Shown: positions 56,957 to 64,000 of the stretch, in pieces | How the letters are laid out: the number at the start of each line of letters is the position of its first letter | How positions within the stretch are numbered: the stretch's first letter is position 1 | NCBI GenBank assembly: GCA_050014195.1 | Contig: JBEKDT010000009.1 | Span: 32,001 to 96,000 of the forward strand | DNA from: Desulfomonilia bacterium | GTDB lineage: Bacteria; Desulfobacterota; Desulfomonilia; UBA1062 | DNA: 64,000 bases | Direction: 5' to 3' | Made by a program: the position numbers and the translations under genes | The notes under the pieces: generated by a model | Told to the model about the DNA's origin: nothing | Databases searched by the model: none | Seen by the model: only the letters and a program-made list of their open reading frames with translations

Positions 56957-58549
56957 ATGAACAAGGAGATTCCATTGAAGAGCACTGATGTAAAAACAGC
57001 AGTCGTCGGTTCCGGATACTGGGGCAAGAACCTGGTAAGAAACTATGCAGAGTTAGGTATGCTCTATGGAGTCTGCGACAGCAACGAGCAGTCGCTCAAT
57101 GGGTTTAAGCAGAAGTATCCGCAGATGAAATATACCACAAACTACTTGGACCTGCTCAACGATGATGCATTGAGGGGTATTGTTATAGCCACCCCGGCAG
57201 AGACACACTTCACCCTCGCGCGGGAGGCTCTGCTATCCGGCAAGGATGTCTTTGTAGAGAAGCCCTTGTCCCTCAATGTCGATGAGGCAGAAGAGCTAAA
57301 AAAGATTGCAGAGAAAAAATCTCTCATCCTTATGGTCGGCCATCTGCTCCAATACCACAGCGCATTCATCAAGTTGAAGGAGCTCATAAGGGACGGCCAA
57401 CTGGGAAGGATCTACTATATCTATTCCAACCGGCTCAGCTTCGGCAAAATCCGCAGGGAGGAGGATATCCTATGGAGCTTTGCCCCGCACGATATCTCTA
57501 TGATACTTACCCTTGCCCAGGAAGAACCGGAGAGCGTAATGGCCACCGGTGGCAATTACCTGCACAAGAAGATTGCTGATGTAACCACCACCCATCTGGA
57601 GTTTCCCAGCGGGCTTAAGGCCCATGTGTTCGTTTCATGGCTCCATCCCTTCAAGGAGCAGATGCTCGTGGTGGTTGGTGAGAAGAACATGGCCGTTTTC
57701 AGGGACACTGTCCCATGGGGTGAGAAGCTCCTTTTATATCCTCATAACATCCAATGGCACGATGGAATCCCTGTTCCTGACAAGAAAGACGAGATCAAAA
57801 TTGCTGTTGAAGAGAGCGAGCCACTCAAGGCCGAATGCCTCCATTTCATTGAATGCATCAGGGACAGGAAGACACCGGTGACCGACGCCAGAGAGGGCAT
57901 TGAGGTCCTTAAGATCCTCAAGGCCGGCCAGGATTCATTAAACAGCAATGGTAAAAAGATCTTTCTCAAAGATGCCTTCAAGCAGCGCCATGATTACAGC
58001 GTGCACGAATCAAGCTACGTAGATGAAGATGTCATCATCGGAACAGGTACAAAGATATGGCACTTCAGCCATATCCTGAAGGGTTCGCATATCGGTAAGG
58101 TATGCAGCATCGGCCAAAATGTAGTCATCGGCCCGGATGTAAGCATCGGGAACGGCTGCAAGATCCAGAACAATGTCTCCATCTACAAAGGTGTTACCCT
58201 CGAAGATAATGTTTTCTGCGGCCCTTCCATGGTCTTTACCAATGTGTTCAACCCCAGGGCCCATATCCCCAGGATGGATGAGCTGAGGCCCACCCTTGTG
58301 AAAAAGGGGGCCACCGTAGGCGCAAACGCCACTATTGTCTGTGGCTATACCATCGGTGAGTATGCATTCATCGGTGCAGGTGCCACAGTAACCCGGGGAG
58401 CCCCTGACCATGCGCTCATGGTGGGCAACCCGGCAAAACAGATCGGCTGGATGTGTGAGTGCGGCAACCGGCTTGATGACAACCTGAGATGCTCCCACTG
58501 TGGAAAGTCATATGAAGAAAAGGATCAGGGGTTGAGATTGCGATCTTGA
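56957..58549 (+). CDS. Fused Gfo/Idh/MocA dehydrogenase and hexapeptide N-acetyltransferase (WbpB-WbpD-like)
   Basis: [18 protein letters not shown]; then [35 protein letters not shown]. Confidence 0.9.
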   Translation: MNKEIPLKSTDVKTAVVGSGYWGKNLVRNYAELGMLYGVCDSNEQSLNGFKQKYPQMKYTTNYLDLLNDDALRGIVIATPAETHFTLAREALLSGKDVFVEKPLSLNVDEAEELKKIAEKKSLILMVGHLLQYHSAFIKLKELIRDGQLGRIYYIYSNRLSFGKIRREEDILWSFAPHDISMILTLAQEEPESVMATGGNYLHKKIADVTTTHLEFPSGLKAHVFVSWLHPFKEQMLVVVGEKNMAVFRDTVPWGEKLLLYPHNIQWHDGIPVPDKKDEIKIAVEESEPLKAECLHFIECIRDRKTPVTDAREGIEVLKILKAGQDSLNSNGKKIFLKDAFKQRHDYSVHESSYVDEDVIIGTGTKIWHFSHILKGSHIGKVCSIGQNVVIGPDVSIGNGCKIQNNVSIYKGVTLEDNVFCGPSMVFTNVFNPRAHIPRMDELRPTLVKKGATVGANATIVCGYTIGEYAFIGAGATVTRGAPDHALMVGNPAKQIGWMCECGNRLDDNLRCSHCGKSYEEKDQGLRLRS

Positions 58550-58622
58550 GAGATATTGCCGGGCCCCGGCTTCTGCTTTATGGTTCAATAAGATCTAATT
58601 TTGCAATAAAAAGGAATATTCC

Positions 58623-59783
58623 ATGCAGGATAAACAAAACGATGTAATCTATGGGGATGAGATTGATCTCAGAGAGATGTTAACAACTATCTGGAAAAGG
58701 AAATGGCTTATTGCTGGAATAATTTTTATATGTGTACTTTTTGCCGCTCTGTATTCTCTCTATCAACCAAAAATATATAAAATATTTATGGTGATCGAGC
58801 CAGGAATAATCGATGTCACAGCAGATGGGAAATATAATTACCTGGACACCCCTGAAAATATCAAGGGCAAGATAGAAAGCAATGCCTATCTTCCGCGCAT
58901 TCTCAAGGCCTTGCACCTGGCTCCTGAAGATATGGATTTTGATTTTACGGTAGGAATTCCAAAGAGTGCTAATGTCCTTGTTGTATCATCAGAATTCCAG
59001 AAAAATAAAACCGACTTTGGACTTCAAATATTGCGACAGCTCCTTGTAGAGATGCAATATGATTATGCCAGAGAAGTTGGGAGGAAAAAGGACGAATACC
59101 GAAAACAGATATCGATGAAAAAGAATCAGATCAATGAGATCGAGGTGCAGCGGAAAGACCTGGAGCAGCAAATCGGTATTAAACAAGGCTTGATCAAAGA
59201 GAGGAAGGAACAGATAAAATTGTTGGACTCGAGGCTTTCTATCGGTGAACAAAGAGAGTCAGACCTCATGAATGATTTGAAAGAGGTAAAGGGCAATACC
59301 CAGAGGATTACAAACCAGAGAGATCAGGTTTTAAAGCAGGGACCTGCCAGTAATGAAAGTGGGATTGCCGACCTATTGTATTCGACAACCATTCAGCAGA
59401 ATGTGTCGTTTTTCAATGAGCTGAAAAATCAGATCAATCAAACCAGAATAAACAAAGAGAACAATAAATCGAACATAAAGGAGTTGGAGAAGGAAATCAA
59501 TGAAACTGAGCTTGAGGTCGATCGTCTGAAGTTACAGCAGACTGAGGAATTGAAATCCAAGATCGACGCTTTTGAAATTGAGATTGAGGATTTACAAAAC
59601 AAGATCAGCCAGATTCAAAATATCAAGACTATTAGTGAACCTACAGTATCCCATCATCCTGTAAAACCAAGACCTGTCCGTAATGTGGGTGTGGCCCTCA
59701 TAGTGGGTTTAATGCTGGGGATATTTGTTGCATTCCTGTCAGAATATCTATCAGCTGAAAAACAAATGGGTCACAACACCTGA
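58623..59783 (+). CDS. wzz: Wzz-type chain-length determinant
   Basis: DEIDL N-terminus, two TM segments, long coiled coil, PVKP...GLMLG. Confidence 0.82.
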   Translation: MQDKQNDVIYGDEIDLREMLTTIWKRKWLIAGIIFICVLFAALYSLYQPKIYKIFMVIEPGIIDVTADGKYNYLDTPENIKGKIESNAYLPRILKALHLAPEDMDFDFTVGIPKSANVLVVSSEFQKNKTDFGLQILRQLLVEMQYDYAREVGRKKDEYRKQISMKKNQINEIEVQRKDLEQQIGIKQGLIKERKEQIKLLDSRLSIGEQRESDLMNDLKEVKGNTQRITNQRDQVLKQGPASNESGIADLLYSTTIQQNVSFFNELKNQINQTRINKENNKSNIKELEKEINETELEVDRLKLQQTEELKSKIDAFEIEIEDLQNKISQIQNIKTISEPTVSHHPVKPRPVRNVGVALIVGLMLGIFVAFLSEYLSAEKQMGHNT

Positions 59784-59905
59784 TATAGGGTAAAATAAAA
59801 AGAAATAATGAGCCATCCATCTATTGCTCATCACCCTGTAATCGGGTATCCAGGAATGTTGAAAAATGTAAGTATTCATGATTGATTCGTGAGGAGGCGT
59901 TTGAC

Positions 59906-61537
59906 GTGGAATATTCTATAAGTCCTGAAGGGAAGAAATATCAACTACCCGTTGCACAAGATTACAACATCGAGTTTGAGCGCCTCAAGAGACTTGTTGA
60001 TGAGCAACGCTCGATGGGCAGGGAGATTGTGGTTGTCATGGGCCTCGGCTTTGTCGGTGCTGTCATGGCAGCGGTTGTAGCAGACAGCACGGATAAGAAA
60101 ACAGGCAAGCCCAAAAAATTTGTCATCGGCATGCAGCGGCCAAGCCCCAGGAGCTTCTGGAAGATCCCCCTCCTGAACAGTGGTGTGTCTCCGGTTAAGG
60201 CCGAAGACCCGGAGGTGGATGCCCTTATCAGCCGTTGTGTCCTGGAAAGAAAGAATCTCATCGCCACCTATACATACGACGCATTGAGCCTGGCTGATAC
60301 TGTGGTTGTGGATGTTCAGTGCGACTTCATGAAACAGGAACTGGGTAATTGCACTTCCGGCAGGGCCGAGATAGCAGCCCTTGAAGAGTCAATAAAGATC
60401 ATTGCAGAGAAGATCCAGCCAAGATGTCTTGTTCTTATTGAGACGACAGTACCCCCTGGAACCACAGAATACATAGCATATCCAGCGATGAAGAAAGCGT
60501 TCACAGAGCGTGGCATAGACCAAGAGCCGCTCATAGCCCATAGCTATGAGCGGGTAATGCCGGGGAAAGACTATGTGAAGTCTATCCGCGATTTCTGGCG
60601 AGTATGTAGTGGTATCAATGATGAGAGCAGGAAGATGGTTGTAGGCTTCTTATCCGATGTGCTCAATGTGGACAAGTTCCCTTTGACCGTACTCGACAGG
60701 CCCATTGAGAGTGAGACTGCCAAGATCGTTGAGAACAGCTACAGGGCAACTATTCTCGCCTTCCTGGATGAATGGAGCAACTTCTGTGAGAAAAATGGGG
60801 TGGATCTCATTAAGGTCATCAATGCCATCAAGGTACGACCAACTCATAGCAACATGATCTTTCCAGGGCCGGGGATTGGCGGCTATTGCTTGCCTAAGGA
60901 CGGCGGTTTAGGGGTCTGGGCTTATAGGCACCTTATGGGTTTTGAAGATGAGAATTTCAAGATTACCCCTGAGGCCATAAACATAAATGACACAAGGGCC
61001 CTTCGTGCAGTCCATCTCGTGCGTGATGCACTGAGAAATATGGGCAAGATAGTAGCTGCCTCGACCATCACCGTGCTTGGTGCATCCTATCGGGAAGATG
61101 TCGGTGATACCCGTTACAGCGGGTCTGAGCTTATCGTGAGGAAGATTACAGAGATGGGCGGCAATATCAGGGTGCATGATCCCTATGTGGAGCACTGGTG
61201 GGAGTTTGAAGCCCAAGACACCTACCCTGCAGTTGGTGCAAGCTGGTCCCGCTTCTTCAGGAATCAGGAGGGCTTGAAAGACCTTAGGGTTAATAAGGGC
61301 TTGAAAACAACCCTCAAAGGCGCTGATGCAATCGTCTTGGCTGTCAGACATAAGGACTACCTGAACCTCGATCCTGATACTATAGTAAAAATGATCGGCT
61401 TCCCAGCAGCAATCATCGACTGTTTCGGAATCCTCGATGATAAAAATATCAGAAGATTCTTCGAGCTTGGCTGTGAGGTAAAAGGGCTGGGCAGAGGACA
61501 TATCAAAAGGATTAAAGATGAGGTGCGACAAGGGTAA
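59906..61537 (+). CDS. UDP-sugar 6-dehydrogenase family
   Basis: GLGFVG, ETTVPPGTT, ERVMPG, KIVENSYR, GPGIGGYCLPKD; GTG start after GAGGAGG. Confidence 0.9.
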   Translation: MEYSISPEGKKYQLPVAQDYNIEFERLKRLVDEQRSMGREIVVVMGLGFVGAVMAAVVADSTDKKTGKPKKFVIGMQRPSPRSFWKIPLLNSGVSPVKAEDPEVDALISRCVLERKNLIATYTYDALSLADTVVVDVQCDFMKQELGNCTSGRAEIAALEESIKIIAEKIQPRCLVLIETTVPPGTTEYIAYPAMKKAFTERGIDQEPLIAHSYERVMPGKDYVKSIRDFWRVCSGINDESRKMVVGFLSDVLNVDKFPLTVLDRPIESETAKIVENSYRATILAFLDEWSNFCEKNGVDLIKVINAIKVRPTHSNMIFPGPGIGGYCLPKDGGLGVWAYRHLMGFEDENFKITPEAININDTRALRAVHLVRDALRNMGKIVAASTITVLGASYREDVGDTRYSGSELIVRKITEMGGNIRVHDPYVEHWWEFEAQDTYPAVGASWSRFFRNQEGLKDLRVNKGLKTTLKGADAIVLAVRHKDYLNLDPDTIVKMIGFPAAIIDCFGILDDKNIRRFFELGCEVKGLGRGHIKRIKDEVRQG

Positions 61538-61618
61538 ATTAAACCAACCCCATTTTTCTTATTCTTAATATACCAAATATTCACTACCCTTTTCTGTAGT
61601 TTTTTGCATATCAATTAA

Positions 61619-61803
61619 GTTGATGAGCTCGTTTTTCTTGATATCAAGGCCACTATCGAAGGTAGGGAGCCGCCATGGTCTTCACCAACATCTATAACCC
61701 AAGGGCGGAAATTTCCAAGATGGACCAGGTCCGCCCGACCCCCGTCAAGAAAGCCGACACCCTGGGGGCCAACTGCACCATTGTCTGTGGTCACACCGTC
61801 GGA
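61619..61803 (+). pseudogene. Chimeric scar: HisF/WbuZ-like fragment joined to a WbpD-like fragment
   Basis: [18 protein letters not shown] (61619-61672), then in another frame [44 protein letters not shown]. Confidence 0.75.
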
Positions 61804-61921
61804 TTGTGGTATTGCTTATCGGTAAAAATATGCCGGTTTAGTATAAATAAATGATCACAAATTGACAGGCCTAAATATGCAGGACAGATTATGCCGCGAA
61901 AGATAGAGGTTTATGGGATAG

Positions 61922-63241
61922 TTGAATATTAACAAACACTTTAAGAATTTTATATCAGTGTGCGCTGCCCAGGTAAACAGATCTACGTCCGAGAGCAGGT
62001 TCATTAAGGACGTAATAAAAATTACTTCAGGTACTGCATTGGGGCAAGCTGTTGTTGTATTGTTTTCGCCTGTCCTTACCCGTCTTTATTCACCAGGTGA
62101 TTTTGGTGTCTTTGCGGTATATGCTTCACTACTAGGTGTGATTACAGTTATTGGATCTATGCGCTATGAACTGGCAATTCCATTGCCAAGCGATGATCAA
62201 ACTGCTGCCAATGTCCTTGTCTTAGCGTTGCTTTTCACCATGGGGGTGTCGTGTTTGTCGGGGTTGGCAGTATGGGCTCTAGGCGACCGAATTGTAAGCT
62301 GGACCAAGACCCCTACCTTACGGCCATATCTTTGGCTTTTGCCGGTTGGAATATTGGGTGCAAGCTCATACATGGCTTTTAACTATTGGGCCATTCGGAA
62401 AAATGATTATGCTAAAATTGGTCATACAAAATTTGTGCAAGGCATTATGCTCACATTAACCCAAATTAGTCTCGGAATTGTTCATATCAAACCATTTGGC
62501 CTATTATTGGGTCTGGTAGTTGGTCATACTACGGGAATAGGAACATTGGCATCTTCTGCTTGGCGGAATAGTAAACATAGCTTTAATAATGTTTCGATTT
62601 CCGGTATACTTAAAGCGGCTGCCAGATATCGCCGTTTTCCCTTGGTTTCAAGTTATTCATCCTTGCTGGACAGTTTAGGAGCGCAAGCCCCTGCTTTTTT
62701 ACTTGCCGTTTTTTATGGACCAGTGGTTGCAGGGTGGTTTGCCCTTTCTCAAAGAGTTGTTGGTGTGCCATTAACCTTGCTTGGAAGATCAGTAGATCAG
62801 GTTTATTTGGGACAAGCAAGTCGTCTGATGGGTACTAATCAGAAAGGCCTACGTGGGCTGTACTTAGATACCGCAAAAAAACTACTATTAACGGGACTGG
62901 TTTTTATAATTCCCTTTGGTTTGTTAGCACCATGGTTATTTAAGATAATTTTTGGGTCGGGTTGGCTGGAATCCGGACGTTATACACAGATAATGGCTCC
63001 AATGATCCTAACGCAGGTCGTCATTGCGCCACTTTCCCAAACATTAAATTTTCTTGAGCGCCAAGATATTCAGCTTTTATGGGTTGTCATATGGGTAGTG
63101 TCTGTTATTGGAAGCCTGGGAATTGCATATTATTTTAACTTGTCTGCTGCCTTTGCAGTTATAATGTGCTCCACAGCAATGGCTTTTTCTTATGTGCTCC
63201 ATTTTTGTTTTTGCCTGTATGTGCTCAAGAAAAGGGATTAA
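61922..63241 (+). CDS. wzx: O-antigen flippase (Wzx/MOP family)
   Basis: P.LTRLYSP.DFG, RYELAIPLP, YRRFPL; about 12 hydrophobic segments. Confidence 0.88.
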   Translation: MNINKHFKNFISVCAAQVNRSTSESRFIKDVIKITSGTALGQAVVVLFSPVLTRLYSPGDFGVFAVYASLLGVITVIGSMRYELAIPLPSDDQTAANVLVLALLFTMGVSCLSGLAVWALGDRIVSWTKTPTLRPYLWLLPVGILGASSYMAFNYWAIRKNDYAKIGHTKFVQGIMLTLTQISLGIVHIKPFGLLLGLVVGHTTGIGTLASSAWRNSKHSFNNVSISGILKAAARYRRFPLVSSYSSLLDSLGAQAPAFLLAVFYGPVVAGWFALSQRVVGVPLTLLGRSVDQVYLGQASRLMGTNQKGLRGLYLDTAKKLLLTGLVFIIPFGLLAPWLFKIIFGSGWLESGRYTQIMAPMILTQVVIAPLSQTLNFLERQDIQLLWVVIWVVSVIGSLGIAYYFNLSAAFAVIMCSTAMAFSYVLHFCFCLYVLKKRD

Positions 63242-63339
63242 TATCAACATGTCATCTATTATTTATAGCCTGGTAATTCTACAAATATTTTCATGTTTAC
63301 CTATTATCTAATACACTACTTATAAAAAGGTATTTCTGT

Positions 63340-64000
63340 ATGTGCGGTATTGCGGGAATTTTAAATCTTAATGGCAAACCGGTTGACTTAAAAATACTGG
63401 CCAATATGACTGCAATCATTAAACACCGGGGGCCTGACGGCAATGGGATTATGCTCTTTGATCCGAAGTTCAGCGAAGGCCAAAACGGGATCATAGAATA
63501 TAAAGACCAGATATTGAAACTTGAGGGCACGGAAGATAACCATTCTAATTATAATGTCGGACTCGCCCACGCCCGGTTGAGTATTATTGACCTATCTGAG
63601 CGAGGCCATCAGCCTATGTGCAACAGAGACGAGTCTTTGGGGATTGTGTACAATGGCGAGATATACAACTACCTAGAGATAAAGGCGGAACTGGTTTCAA
63701 AAGGTTATGAATTCAAATCGAAAACTGACACTGAAGTTATTCTATACGCATATCAGGAATGGGGGGTTGACTGCCTTACCAGGTTTAACGGGATGTGGGC
63801 ATTTGCAATCTGGAATCGGCGGGAAAAGAGGTTGTTTTGTGCAAGGGACAGGTTTGGGGTGAAGCCATTTTACTATTATTTGGATGAGCACACTTTCGTT
63901 TTTGCCTCCGAGATAAAGCAAATATTGGAATGTAAAGAATACGAGAGGAACCCGAACGAACCGTTAATTTATGATTATTTGGTAATGGGTTTTGAGGATC
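63340..64000 (+). CDS. asnB: AsnB-type amidotransferase, 5' part (runs off the window)
   Basis: MCGIAG, HRGPDG, HARLSIIDL, GHQPM, NGEIYNY, TDTEVI, RDRFGVKP, FASEIK. Confidence 0.9.
   Translation, partial: MCGIAGILNLNGKPVDLKILANMTAIIKHRGPDGNGIMLFDPKFSEGQNGIIEYKDQILKLEGTEDNHSNYNVGLAHARLSIIDLSERGHQPMCNRDESLGIVYNGEIYNYLEIKAELVSKGYEFKSKTDTEVILYAYQEWGVDCLTRFNGMWAFAIWNRREKRLFCARDRFGVKPFYYYLDEHTFVFASEIKQILECKEYERNPNEPLIYDYLVMGFED

Noticed and set aside
1-64000. CRISPR arrays, rRNA, IS transposases, prophage genes; long antisense ORFs (e.g. 10143..11366, 19105..19968, 24030..24917, 47048..47905)
   Set aside because: No regularly spaced repeats or such genes seen; the antisense ORFs are shadows of well-supported genes.

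Overview
Chromosomal segment of an anaerobic deltaproteobacterium-like organism (inferred from gene content and the recA-pilT-recX arrangement). In order: (1) modE-like/pgpA/cinA/thpR/recA/pilT/recX operon, with recX frameshifted in an A9 run, and asnS. (2) A solitary integron gene cassette encoding an HhH DNA-glycosylase-like protein, bracketed by two inverted ~180-bp palindromic repeats, next to tRNA-Gly(GCC). (3) A large polyhydroxyalkanoate locus: phaE-phaC-GAF/GAF-phaJ; three tandem phasin-like genes; a second divergent PhaC-like/PhaE-like pair; phaR; a phaZ-like gene. It is interrupted by a second solitary cassette carrying a BsuBI/PstI-type restriction-modification system. Both cassettes follow the same attI-like motif (GTATAGTWATT/GTT), and no integrase gene is present in the window. 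(4) DUF748 protein, crotonase and 3-hydroxyacyl-CoA dehydrogenase, and an OmpR-type two-component system with small periplasmic proteins. (5) A Wzm/Wzt polysaccharide locus with several AsnB-type amidotransferases, GT4s and methyltransferases. (6) A CoA-transferase/racemase - HMGS-like/DUF35 - SCPx thiolase - MaoC pair - MFE2-type SDR operon, then a CrtI/RetSat-like reductase and a ferredoxin reductase. (7) The start of a Wzx/Wzz O-antigen locus (wbpE, wbpB-wbpD fusion) with several gene scars. All calls come from reading motifs by eye; no database searches were run.
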